64,000 bases of DNA, from contig JBFWMA010000002.1 of assembly GCA_050251875.1 (NCBI GenBank), positions 1 to 64,000 on the forward strand, read 5' to 3'. Within the stretch, counting starts at the first letter, position 1. Every line of letters begins with the position of its first letter. Shown here in pieces: positions 9,120-18,089 of this stretch. The position numbers and the translations under genes are program-made. The notes under the pieces are model-generated. The model was given only the letters and a program-made list of their open reading frames with translations, was not told the DNA's origin and did no database searches. Source of the DNA: Deferribacterales bacterium (GTDB lineage: Bacteria; Chrysiogenota; Deferribacteres; Deferribacterales; Geovibrionaceae).

Positions 9120-11606
9120 GTTGTTTATTTCTTTCTTGATAACAGGATGTAGTATTTCTAGCTGTTGCTCATCGAATGCTTTTTTTAATTCAAATGATGA
9201 TTTTATTGTAATGTCTGATGATAGGTTATTATTAATCTCAATTGATGCTTCTCTTGAAAGACCAAGTCTGACTAAATCTATAAAACGCTCTTTGCAACCT
9301 CCAACTTCAATATATGAGTGAAGTTTGACTGTTTGTAGGTCTAATTTTTTTGAAAAAATTATATTCGACAAGATAGTATCATAACACTTTAATGCATATG
9401 CCATTTTGAATCTAATATCACTATCAATTAGCTTAATAACTTCGCGGATACACTTGTTTATAGTGCTTTCAGGATTCCTGTCCTTGTGTTCAATTATGAT
9501 TTCTTTTAAATGTTTACCTTGAAACCATTTGCATGCAATAGTAGTTAAAAAGCCTAATCTGCTTTCTGTTGGCAAGAAAAGTTGCATATTAATTAATTCA
9601 TTTAAGATATTAAATAATCTGTTATAGACATCTCCAGACTCTGGATGTGGCAATGTCCATAGAGAAAGATCATTTTGTTCATTAAGGTAATTGTATAATG
9701 TGTTTTGTTGAATATATCCTATTGTTGGGTTTGCGCTCATTGTGAAAGGATCGATTGTTAAATTACTGTGTGCTTGCTTAATCTTATTTAAAAGAGACTC
9801 CTTTGCATCCTTGTCAAGAATAAGCTCTTTTGCCTCAAAAGTACGTGAAAGTGTTTCATTTTCATATTCTCCAATGAGCTTATTGGCAATAGAGTAATAT
9901 GATGTTACTTCCTTTGACGTATCAATTTCATCTCCTTGTAACACTGATATGATACCATCAAGGTCAGTGTTGAGTAACTCAAAATATGTTGGAATCTTTT
10001 CAGTTTTCTCTTCAGTATCATTTATATCATAATCAAAGTCCCAGTTCTCAGGAGTAATCAAAAATACATTTCCTGAGAAATGCTTTAACATTCTGCCTGC
10101 TCTTCCTATTATGTTTTTGATTTGCACATCTTCGATTTTCTTATCAGGAGTGCGGCGCTGCTCTGAACGAATAAAGGTTCCTGAGATTTTTGGGTTAAAA
10201 AGGAAAAGATTTTTTGCTGGTAAATTTATTCCCTCTGCCAGTGTACTTGTGCAAGCAATAAACTTAATTTTACCTTCTCGCATAAGGCTTTCTATCAAGA
10301 GCCGAGTCGTGGAAGGGAGTGAACCATAGTGAAAAGCTATGCCGTGCCTCAGATTGTTCGCTAAGGTAAATTTAGGGTGTAGGAAATTTTCAACATAATC
10401 AGCTGCTTCCTCAAGAGCTTGATCATTGACTGTTTCAGATGAGAGTTTCGTAAGAGCATTAGCTGTCGACTCACAGGAGGCCTTGCCGTTTCTAAAAATG
10501 ATGTTGATGTCATTTTTACCAAAATGATTTGCAATGTCCTCAATGCTACTACCCTTAAATCCTTTTTTTGTTGTTAAAGTCCTTTGTGTGTTGAAATGTT
10601 CTATAGTCATGTTTCTGCTTTGCAAAGCTACAGAGATGATGATTTTAGCAACGGATGAGTGGTTAGTTATTCTTTTTTTGAATTTAACGTCAAAAACAGA
10701 GTCGAAGCTATTTTGGTACTCTTGAGATGGCATACTTATAATTATTTGAGGAGTACTATCTTCAAGGAGCTTTTGTAAGGTTAAATGCAATAACACCCCT
10801 CTGTCTTTTGAGGCAATATTATGTGCCTCATCTATAAAAAGAAAGTTAAAGTAAATGTCGCCTGCTTGAAGAATTTCAAATAGCCTTTCTTGTGTCATTA
10901 CAAAAAATGTTTTATCTTTATATATCTTGTTTTCTTTATTTGGAACTGTGACTATCTCAACATCATCTGCTTGAGGGGTTCCTTTCAAAATATCATATAT
11001 GTTTTTTGAAACTTCAGTTATCAATGCACGAGATGGAACCACAATGGCAGCAAAAGCACCATCACTATTCAGTATGCTATTGATGATATACTTTAAGATA
11101 ATATATGTTTTTCCGGTTGACGTGGGGGCAGATGTTAGTACGTCGTGTCCCTTGGTTAAGTCTCCCCATAAACATCGCTGGTAATCAGTAAGCACATGGC
11201 CTATCTCTGGGACTGAATTGACTTCCCTTCTTATATCCATGTTAAATTCATCAAAGAAATTTAATCGAAGTTTACTGTCAGGGTAACGCTCATTTATTAG
11301 AGTTGTATTGGGAAAATCACCGGATTCTGTGAAAAGATAGTTTGCAAAAGTAATTAAGGTATCGTAATCTCTACCAGCTACTTCTAAAAGCATAGATAAT
11401 AATTCTGTTCCTTCTCTTACAATCCTATCATTACCTGACATATAAAAAAACTGTATAGAAGTAACTAATTTCTTTATATCAGGTAGTGGGAGTTCATATT
11501 CCCTATTGAGCATTTTTAAAATATAAGCATTAAAAAGTTTATGTGAGATTTCTTTATAGCCATCATTATTCAGAATGTTTTGTGATTGTTCTTCATAGAA
11601 ATTCAT
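9108..11606 (-). CDS. hamB: SF2 DEAH helicase, Hachiman HamB-like
   Basis: APTSTGKT, DEAH, GIAFHYG, TSTLAEGINLPA, GRAGR; start overlaps the stop of the DUF1837 gene. Confidence 0.8.
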   Translation of the reverse strand: MNFYEEQSQNILNNDGYKEISHKLFNAYILKMLNREYELPLPDIKKLVTSIQFFYMSGNDRIVREGTELLSMLLEVAGRDYDTLITFANYLFTESGDFPNTTLINERYPDSKLRLNFFDEFNMDIRREVNSVPEIGHVLTDYQRCLWGDLTKGHDVLTSAPTSTGKTYIILKYIINSILNSDGAFAAIVVPSRALITEVSKNIYDILKGTPQADDVEIVTVPNKENKIYKDKTFFVMTQERLFEILQAGDIYFNFLFIDEAHNIASKDRGVLLHLTLQKLLEDSTPQIIISMPSQEYQNSFDSVFDVKFKKRITNHSSVAKIIISVALQSRNMTIEHFNTQRTLTTKKGFKGSSIEDIANHFGKNDINIIFRNGKASCESTANALTKLSSETVNDQALEEAADYVENFLHPKFTLANNLRHGIAFHYGSLPSTTRLLIESLMREGKIKFIACTSTLAEGINLPAKNLFLFNPKISGTFIRSEQRRTPDKKIEDVQIKNIIGRAGRMLKHFSGNVFLITPENWDFDYDINDTEEKTEKIPTYFELLNTDLDGIISVLQGDEIDTSKEVTSYYSIANKLIGEYENETLSRTFEAKELILDKDAKESLLNKIKQAHSNLTIDPFTMSANPTIGYIQQNTLYNYLNEQNDLSLWTLPHPESGDVYNRLFNILNELINMQLFLPTESRLGFLTTIACKWFQGKHLKEIIIEHKDRNPESTINKCIREVIKLIDSDIRFKMAYALKCYDTILSNIIFSKKLDLQTVKLHSYIEVGGCKERFIDLVRLGLSREASIEINNNLSSDITIKSSFELKKAFDEQQLEILHPVIKKEINNLLN

Positions 11607-12511
11607 TATTTTGTAATCCCCATATACTTAATAAATTGTTTTACCACTTCTTCAACAGAGGAAAATGGCAGCAGTAGCAGCGGTGTTTTATAAGGGGAAA
11701 GGTTTTTATTTTGTAATGTATTGTAAAAACTAGAAATATGATGATTGGCCATTTCTTTATATTTCTTTATATACTCATCATAAGTGTCTGAAAAAATGTC
11801 GGCGTCTGTAAAACCTATAAAACATGGAGTGTGTAAGATATTGTTTTGGATATTCTGATTATTAAATGGATTTGTAAGGTTTAAGATTAAATCCTTTAGG
11901 TCGTTATCCATGTTGGGGAAATCTATATGAGTTTCAATTTTGTCAAACTCGAAGTCATATTTGTCTTGTTGAAAACATTCTGCGATTGATGATATTGCGT
12001 CATTTTTAGCTCCATCAAATGCTTCATGCAGTTTTGACTCACCTAAATATAGGCGTAGTTTACCTTGGTGGAATTGAGCATGAACACCATCTGCCCCATG
12101 ATATGGCATTCTTCTGTTAGTTTTAAGTGACATTTTAGTTAAAATCTTTGGAGCATCATAATACGTTTCCAATAGAGCGAAAAGAAGCAATTCGCCTAAT
12201 TCGCCCTGTGCTGTGTGCTGACTGGTGTTTCTAACGGCTTTTAAAAATAATTGTTGTTTTTGAGATTCGTTAAATTCTATTCCAAGTTTATTGCTGATTT
12301 CTGTTATAGAAAAACAGAAATGTATAAAAAGAATTTCTTTAATCAAGTTAAATAATTCACTTACTTCACAAACACCGTTATTACATGGAAGATGTATCAG
12401 ACAAGTATCAACAACTGTTCCGTCTTTTAACATTACTTCATGGTCAATTCGTTGTAAGACATTTCTAACTTGTGTAGTATCTTTAATCTGAGTTTGTAGT
12501 TTTGGACACAC
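11606..12511 (-). CDS. hamA: DUF1837 nuclease, Hachiman HamA-like
   Basis: GELGELLLF...KMSLKT....HGADGVH....LYLGESK motif; start uncertain (GTG 12511 chosen, ORF extends to 12724). Confidence 0.8.
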   Translation of the reverse strand: MCPKLQTQIKDTTQVRNVLQRIDHEVMLKDGTVVDTCLIHLPCNNGVCEVSELFNLIKEILFIHFCFSITEISNKLGIEFNESQKQQLFLKAVRNTSQHTAQGELGELLLFALLETYYDAPKILTKMSLKTNRRMPYHGADGVHAQFHQGKLRLYLGESKLHEAFDGAKNDAISSIAECFQQDKYDFEFDKIETHIDFPNMDNDLKDLILNLTNPFNNQNIQNNILHTPCFIGFTDADIFSDTYDEYIKKYKEMANHHISSFYNTLQNKNLSPYKTPLLLLPFSSVEEVVKQFIKYMGITK

Positions 12512-12638
12512 ATTACACCAACAAAACTTAACATCAAGAAAACCATAACTGCTATTGTGTAAAATTATTTTATATTTGTCTATATTAAATATAAAAAAAT
12601 TGCCCACTATGTATTTGGATGTAATTATCACTGGTTCC

Positions 12639-12746
12639 ATTCTGACAGAATTCTGACAGCAAGCGGGAAAAAGAGGGAATATGCGGGAAATGGAATGTTT
12701 GGTAAAGTGTTTGTAGTTATTCACTTTACATCCTTTTATTTCCCGC
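12639..12746. repeat. candidate integrase arm-type sites
   Basis: ATTCTGACAG x2 (12639, 12650); GCGGGAAA x2 (12663, 12683) with inverted copy TTTCCCGC (12739), next to the att core. Confidence 0.4.
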
Positions 12747-12767
12747 TGTTTCCCATAGGTTATTGAT

Positions 12768-12788
12768 TTCGAGTCCCCCTCTCGGCAT
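12768..12788 (+). other. att site: 3' fragment of a tRNA (Leu-like)
   Basis: TTCGAGTCCCCCTCTCGGCA reads as T-loop, T-stem and acceptor strand; no tRNA 5' half upstream. Confidence 0.75.
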
Positions 12789-12795
12789 ACGAAAG

Positions 12796-12822
12796 AAAGC
12801 TCAGCATTTGCTGGGCTTTTTT
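12796..12822 (+). terminator. intrinsic terminator
   Basis: AAAGCTCAGC-ATTT-GCTGGGC followed by T-run. Confidence 0.7.
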
Positions 12823-12830
12823 GCGTTTAC

Positions 12831-12962
12831 GGGACGAGAACGGCGGTGAACGCCGACCGGATAGGGAGGATGAGCAGGCACGATGCCTGCGGAAGTGAGC
12901 CGACTGGCTTTTTTGAGCAGACACGACGTCTGCGATAAAAAGAGAGTCCCCTCTCGGCATAC
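12831..12962 (+). repeat. tRNA-linked repeat element ending in a second tRNA 3'-end copy
   Basis: GAGTCCCCTCTCGGCATAC at 12944-12962 repeats 12771-12790 (one C fewer); twin internal hairpins. Confidence 0.65.
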
Positions 12963-12964
12963 AT

Positions 12965-12994
12965 AAAATAACCCGACTTAGGTCGGGTTTTTTT
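12965..12994 (+). terminator. intrinsic terminator (copy 1)
   Basis: AACCCGAC-TTAG-GTCGGGTT plus T-run. Confidence 0.8.
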
Positions 12995-13042
12995 ATGTCA
13001 CACATTCAGCGCATATAGGCAGAAATTAAAATTATCAGGATT

Positions 13043-13074
13043 ATCAGGCAAGAATTCAGTTCAATCAGTCTAAC
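13043..13074 (+). promoter_or_regulatory. putative AraC-family operator upstream of cupin
   Basis: ATCAGGCAA.AATT.......ATCAG.CTAAC, also present at 14590-14621. Confidence 0.65.
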
Positions 13075-13132
13075 TGTTTTAATCTAAATGCTCTTATATT
13101 GAATAAAACAACAGAATATCAGGAGCGTATCC

Positions 13133-13534
13133 ATGAAAATCACAAAAAGCGGTGAGCTGGCATCAATAAAAGGACCTGAAAACTGGTTTACAGGAACAGT
13201 CAGGATCGATCCTCTCTTTCTTAAAGCGGAAGAACCGTCCAGAGCAACCGGAGCATATGTAACATTTGAACCCGGCGCAAGAACCGCATGGCACACACAT
13301 CCTGCCGGGCAGGTGCTGATAGTCACTTTCGGCGGCGGATGGGTTCAGAGCGAAGGCGGAAAGAGAAGAGATATCCGTGCGGGTGATGTTGTGTGGTTTC
13401 CGGCGGGAGAAAAACACTGGCACGGAGCGGCAGACACAACAGCGATGACCCATATCGCTATTACGGAAGCCGTTAACGGCTCTGCTGCCGACTGGATGGA
13501 ACATGTGTCGGATGAGCAGTATAAAGGCGAATAG
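13133..13534 (+). CDS. cupin domain protein
   Basis: [16 protein letters not shown]...[16 protein letters not shown]. Confidence 0.9.
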   Translation: MKITKSGELASIKGPENWFTGTVRIDPLFLKAEEPSRATGAYVTFEPGARTAWHTHPAGQVLIVTFGGGWVQSEGGKRRDIRAGDVVWFPAGEKHWHGAADTTAMTHIAITEAVNGSAADWMEHVSDEQYKGE

Positions 13535-13591
13535 TGCCGATATCAAAAGAATCATACATCTGAAAAGGCGCACAGCGTTGCCGGGTATATT

Positions 13592-14509
13592 TTACTGGCT
13601 TGCTGTCATGAGCTTAATGTCTTTCAGAGGGGGATTGCCGAAAAGCCTTTTGTATTCTCTGCTGAACTGTGAAGGACTCTCATATCCAACCTCGAAAGCG
13701 GCGTTGGAAGCGTCAATTTTTTCAGTCAGCATAAGCCTCCTGGCTTCATGCAGTCTTATCCATTTCTGATATTGAAGGGGGCTCATGTTGGTCATTTCTC
13801 TGAAATGCAGATAAAGGGATGACGTGCTCATCCTGACATGCGAGGCGAGCGCTTCAATCTTCAGCTGAGTGTTGTAGTTTGATTTCAGCCAGCCGATAGC
13901 CTTTGCAATCTGGCTTTCTTTGCTCCCTGCCATTCCTATATCTCTCAGTCTGGGTCCCTGATCGCTTGTCAGAAGTCTGAAAAGAATTTCTTTGTGAATC
14001 ATGGGAGCTATCATCTCTATATTTTCCGGTTCATCCATCAGGCTGATAAGTCTTAAAAATGAATAATAGAGAGACAGGGACATATCACCTACACCCATGC
14101 TTTTTGAGTCACTTTTTCCTATTCTGCCGGGAATGTTGCTGTTTACGAGAAGATTCGCGATCTCTTTCTGGTTTAGGCGGTATGTTATGCCGATGTAGGG
14201 CTTATCTTTTGTCGCCTCAACAATATTCGCTATGATCGGCAGATCGAGGGAGGAGACCAGAAACTGATTTGTCTGATAATAGTAGTTCTCTTCACCGAGC
14301 AGTACACGTTTTTTGCCCTGTAGAATCACGCAAATGCTGGGGTCATGCATATAGCTGACAGGTTCGGTGGGGTGTTCCCATCTGTGCAGTGAAAGTCCGG
14401 GGATATTTGTTTCATAATGCCTGCCGTTCTTTACTAATTGTTCAATCATATCCGTAAGCTGTAATCTGGCTGTCTGAAGATGTGATGCGGCGTTATCCTT
14501 ATCTGTCAT
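13592..14509 (-). CDS. AraC family regulator (YqhC-like)
   Basis: AraC_N-like N-terminus; VGYESPSQFSREYKRLFG. Confidence 0.9.
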   Translation of the reverse strand: MTDKDNAASHLQTARLQLTDMIEQLVKNGRHYETNIPGLSLHRWEHPTEPVSYMHDPSICVILQGKKRVLLGEENYYYQTNQFLVSSLDLPIIANIVEATKDKPYIGITYRLNQKEIANLLVNSNIPGRIGKSDSKSMGVGDMSLSLYYSFLRLISLMDEPENIEMIAPMIHKEILFRLLTSDQGPRLRDIGMAGSKESQIAKAIGWLKSNYNTQLKIEALASHVRMSTSSLYLHFREMTNMSPLQYQKWIRLHEARRLMLTEKIDASNAAFEVGYESPSQFSREYKRLFGNPPLKDIKLMTASQ

Positions 14510-14589
14510 GCTTTTTGCTCCTTATCGATAAAGAGTAATATATTTGTGATTAAACGGGAGCGCAATACAATACATGTGAGTTTTATAGT

Positions 14590-14621
14590 ATCAGGCAATA
14601 ATTGCGGTGTATCAGGCTAAC
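14590..14621 (+). promoter_or_regulatory. putative AraC-family operator upstream of ADH
   Basis: Same 32-nt motif as 13043-13074. Confidence 0.65.
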
Positions 14622-14678
14622 AGAATTTATTTAAGAGGTTTATATTTAAGTTCAGACGAAATAAATAGGGAGATCTAA

Positions 14679-15869
14679 ATGAATTTTCAATATTATAACC
14701 CCACCAGACTCAACTTCGGAGCAGGAAAACTTGCGGAACTGGGTAAAGTCACATCAAAATACGGCAAAAAAGCGCTCATCGTTACAGGCGGAAGCAGTGT
14801 AAAGAAAACAGGTGTTTTCGATAAAGCTGTTGCCGGTCTGAAAGCGGCAGGTGTGGAATACGCAGAGTGTTCCGGTGTTGAGCCCAACCCCCGCATTACG
14901 ACAGTAGACAGAGGAGCGAAGACTGCCAGAGCTGAAAAGTGCGATGTTGTTATCGCTCTCGGCGGCGGAAGCGTTATGGATGCCGCAAAGGTTATGGCTG
15001 CGGCTTTTTATTATGACGGCGATCCCTGGGATATGATCTTCCACGGTCAGGCAAACGTATATATTCCCACAAAAGCGCTTCCGATTATCACTGTTCCCAC
15101 TCTGGCGGCAACGGGCTCAGAGATGAACTGCGGATCTGTTATCAGCAACGATGAGACAAAGATCAAATCATTTGTACAGAATGAGGTTCTTTATCCTGTG
15201 GAAGCCGTTGTCGATCCTGAGCTGACTGTTTCCGTTCCCAAAGACCAGACAGCTTACGGCGTTTGCGACATCATCACTCACGTTACGGAAGGATATTTTA
15301 ACGGTCTCGGCGGGACTCCTATTCAGGACAGCTTCGCCGAAGGCGTGATGAGAACAGCGATGGAATACGGCAGGATAGCAGTGAAAGACGGCAGTGATCT
15401 TGAGGCGAGAGCACAGCTTCAGTGGGCGTCAATCCTTGCTCTTAACGGCTGGGTGAGCTCCGGCGTAAACTTTCTGCCCCCTGTGCATATGATAGAGCAC
15501 GCTCTTTCCGCTCACCACGATATTACCCACGGGGCAGGGCTTGCCATCGTCAACCCCGCATGGATGCGTTTTGCGGCTAAGGCTCATTCCGGGCGCTTCG
15601 TTCTTTTCGCTAAAAACGTACTCGGTCTGGAGCAGGGTTCTAAGACTGATTCTGCTTTTGCACTGGAAGGTATAGATGTCTATGAAGAATTTCTGAAATC
15701 CATCGGATGCCCCACAAGGCTCTCAGAAGTGGGAATCACAGACGAGGCAATGTTTGAGCAGTATGCGAAAGATTCCATGCTCGTGGTTAATGACGGAAGC
15801 GGAAAACTTCTGAGCCGTCCTCCCATGAGCGTTGAAGACATTGTAGGTGTGCTTAAATCCGCAAAATAA
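14679..15869 (+). CDS. iron-containing alcohol dehydrogenase (YqhD/Bdh-like)
   Basis: VEPNP, GGGSVMD, TLAATGSE, HMIEH, HGAGL. Confidence 0.9.
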   Translation: MNFQYYNPTRLNFGAGKLAELGKVTSKYGKKALIVTGGSSVKKTGVFDKAVAGLKAAGVEYAECSGVEPNPRITTVDRGAKTARAEKCDVVIALGGGSVMDAAKVMAAAFYYDGDPWDMIFHGQANVYIPTKALPIITVPTLAATGSEMNCGSVISNDETKIKSFVQNEVLYPVEAVVDPELTVSVPKDQTAYGVCDIITHVTEGYFNGLGGTPIQDSFAEGVMRTAMEYGRIAVKDGSDLEARAQLQWASILALNGWVSSGVNFLPPVHMIEHALSAHHDITHGAGLAIVNPAWMRFAAKAHSGRFVLFAKNVLGLEQGSKTDSAFALEGIDVYEEFLKSIGCPTRLSEVGITDEAMFEQYAKDSMLVVNDGSGKLLSRPPMSVEDIVGVLKSAK

Positions 15870-15901
15870 TTCTGACGGTAACAGAAAAAGCTGAAAGATA
15901 A

Positions 15902-15932
15902 AAAATAACCCGGCTCAGGTCGGGTTTTTTTT
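15902..15932. terminator. bidirectional terminator (copy 2)
   Basis: AACCCGGC-TCAG-GTCGGGTT with A/T runs between convergent genes. Confidence 0.8.
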
Positions 15933-15936
15933 GTGT

Positions 15937-17145
15937 TTATACCAGTCTGTTAAGGCTGTCGATATATTTGTAAATATTGTCAGGTATTTTGACATCTTCC
16001 GGATTCATCAGCCCGATAATTTTCTGCCTTTCTATGGAGCTTTTTGAAAGATCGGTGACTTTGATAGGGATGCCCGTCCCGTCTTTTTTCATAAATGATA
16101 CTATCACCGGGTCGGTCGGTTTGCCGCTGTTAATTTTGCCGACAACAGCGAGCTCTCCGGAAGCCGTGATAACGATGGAACCCACCGGATAGATACCGAT
16201 GTTTTTCACAAAAAACTCGAATACGGATTTGTTTATGTGTTTGTCTGTCCACTGAAACATCAGCTTTAACGCATCTGTGGCTGCCAGTCCCTTGTGATAT
16301 ACCCTGTCGCTGGTGATAGCGTCATATATATCCACGACAGCGCCGATTTTGCCATGGATGCTTATCTGGTCGTCTTTCAGTCCTCCCGGATAGCCGGAAC
16401 CGTCATGTCTTTCGTGATGTTCCAGCACAAGAGCGAGGTTTTCATCCGCAACGCCCTGTCTTTTGAGAAATTCGTATCCCAGAAGCACATGGTTTTTTAT
16501 TATTTTAAATTCTTCATCAGTGAGTTTGCCGGGTTTGTTAAGGATTGATTCCGGAATCAGCACCTTTCCTATGTCATGCATAAGACCGGAATATGCCGCT
16601 ATGGCTATATCCTCTTTGTCCAGCCCGAGGTGGGAGGCGAGGCTGGCGGCAAAAATGCTGACATTCATGGAGTGATGAAAGGTATAATCGTCAAATTTTT
16701 TCAGCTTAGTCATGCTGACCATAGCGCCTTTATTTCTCAGAGTCATATCGGTTATGTTTTCCGCTATGTGCTTAACGGCGGTACTGTTGAACATTTTGCC
16801 GGATTTGACGTCTCCCAGCACACCGCTGATTATTTTCATGGATTCGAAATATATTTCAGAAGCATGGTTTAATTCATTAAGGTTGATATGAGCATGTGGG
16901 ATACTCCCGGTCAGCTCTTGAATAGCCTCATCGTTGTTACCGCTTTCGAGCTGTTCCAGCTTTTTCAGCTCAGTGTTTTTCGGCTTGATATAAACGTATT
17001 CAACACCGTTTCTCTGGAGTTTTTCGATGACGGATTGACCGGAAATTTTTATTTTATGAGATATAAAGTCAGTCTGAAGCCAAGACTGATCGAATTTGAC
17101 AATCTCGTCTCCGATTTGCAGACTGCTTACTTTAACTTTATTCAT
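15937..17145 (-). CDS. HD-GYP cyclic-dinucleotide phosphodiesterase (DUF3391-like N-terminus)
   Basis: HDIGK, HHERHDGSGYP, YDAITSDRVY. Confidence 0.9.
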   Translation of the reverse strand: MNKVKVSSLQIGDEIVKFDQSWLQTDFISHKIKISGQSVIEKLQRNGVEYVYIKPKNTELKKLEQLESGNNDEAIQELTGSIPHAHINLNELNHASEIYFESMKIISGVLGDVKSGKMFNSTAVKHIAENITDMTLRNKGAMVSMTKLKKFDDYTFHHSMNVSIFAASLASHLGLDKEDIAIAAYSGLMHDIGKVLIPESILNKPGKLTDEEFKIIKNHVLLGYEFLKRQGVADENLALVLEHHERHDGSGYPGGLKDDQISIHGKIGAVVDIYDAITSDRVYHKGLAATDALKLMFQWTDKHINKSVFEFFVKNIGIYPVGSIVITASGELAVVGKINSGKPTDPVIVSFMKKDGTGIPIKVTDLSKSSIERQKIIGLMNPEDVKIPDNIYKYIDSLNRLV

Positions 17146-17246
17146 TACAGACTCTTATTATTCGTTTTTACTATTCAGCCAGTCATCCTCACATTCGGGA
17201 ATCCACCACGATCCGCCGAATGTTGACATTTAATTTCTTTTCACAC

Positions 17247-17328
17247 AAAAACACCTGCCCGGTTTTCATATAGCCGGCAGTGCTTATTGCGTCAGAGCTT
17301 ACACCAAAATATTTCCTATCTTTTCAGT
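17247..17328 (-). ncRNA. candidate sRNA antisense to the adhesin 5' leader
   Basis: Upstream box + promoter, downstream hairpin + T-run, no ORF, ~30 nt colinear complementarity to 21627-21680. Confidence 0.55.
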
Positions 17329-17333
17329 GAGGC

Positions 17334-17379
17334 ATCATATCCATAATTATAATGAGATAACAATCGCCATGTAGGGTGA
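17334..17379 (-). promoter_or_regulatory. NarL/LuxR-type inverted-repeat box with sigma70 promoter
   Basis: TCACCCTACATGGCGA abutting TTGTTA-18 nt-TATGAT; box-to--10 distance equals that at 40845 and 41129. Confidence 0.55.
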
Positions 17380-17428
17380 GAAAATGGGTATATACGAGTG
17401 TAACTGACTGATAAGAAGGGTGAAAAAA

Positions 17429-18064
17429 TTATAAAAAAGATTTATATTTTGCTTTTCTCAGGGCGTCTTCCTTGCCGGAGGCCTGAAGTTTTTCATATAT
17501 GTTCTTAATGTGGGTGTGGACGGTGTTTCTGCTGATGCTCAGCTCAGCGGAAATATCGTTATAGCTGAATCCTTTATCAAGATATTTCAGTATCTCGATC
17601 TCTCTTTTGGTAAGATTCTCAGAACCGCCGCTGTTCGGATTATCCTGAAAAAAGTTTATCACTTTCCGAGCGATGCTGGGGGTCATGGGCGATCCGCCGG
17701 AATGAAGCAGTTTGATATGGTTAACAATATCCAGAGTAGAGGCGCATTTTAACACATATCCGGAAGCGCCCGCCTTAAGCGCTTTGAAAAGATATTCGCT
17801 GCCGTCATGGACGGTGTAAACAAGATACTGCGTATTAATATCCTGTTTGTTCAGCGCTTCGATAACATCGATACCGTTTCCGTCAGGAAGGTTAATATCT
17901 ACAATAAGAATATCACAGGGATTTTTTGGTACCCCGATGATAGCCTGTTCAGCGTTATGATATTTTTTAACAAGTTTAAAGCCCGGATCTGTCTTAATGA
18001 TGTAAGACAGGTTGTCAAGCAGCTCTATATTGTCATCCAGAATAGAAATCGTTATCTCGCTCAC
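17429..18064 (-). CDS. NarL/LuxR family response regulator
   Basis: REC (LDD, VDINLPD, GYVLK) plus LTKREIEIL...TVHTHIKNIYEKL. Confidence 0.92.
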   Translation of the reverse strand: MSEITISILDDNIELLDNLSYIIKTDPGFKLVKKYHNAEQAIIGVPKNPCDILIVDINLPDGNGIDVIEALNKQDINTQYLVYTVHDGSEYLFKALKAGASGYVLKCASTLDIVNHIKLLHSGGSPMTPSIARKVINFFQDNPNSGGSENLTKREIEILKYLDKGFSYNDISAELSISRNTVHTHIKNIYEKLQASGKEDALRKAKYKSFL

Positions 18065-18089
18065 TGCGTTATTCCTTTATTGTGCCCTT

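Larger units (their letters stand above)
1..12788. mobile_element. right part of a tRNA-integrated genomic (defence) island
   Basis: Visibly AT-rich compared with the rest of the window, defence-type cargo, ends at a tRNA 3'-end copy; no integrase inside the window. Confidence 0.7.

Noticed and set aside
12512..12724. N-terminal extension of hamA in the ORF track
   Set aside because: Runs through att-arm repeats and AT-rich promoter-like DNA; the internal GTG gives a more typical length
12700..12790. intact tRNA gene
   Set aside because: Only the 3' ~20 nt are present; no D arm, anticodon arm or 5' acceptor strand
17250..17330. c-di-GMP-I (GEMM) riboswitch upstream of HD-GYP (GACGCAA motif), and a similar GGACGCGAAGC in the adhesin leader
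   Set aside because: The GGCAAA...GAAA tetraloop stem is absent in both; an Rfam scan would settle it
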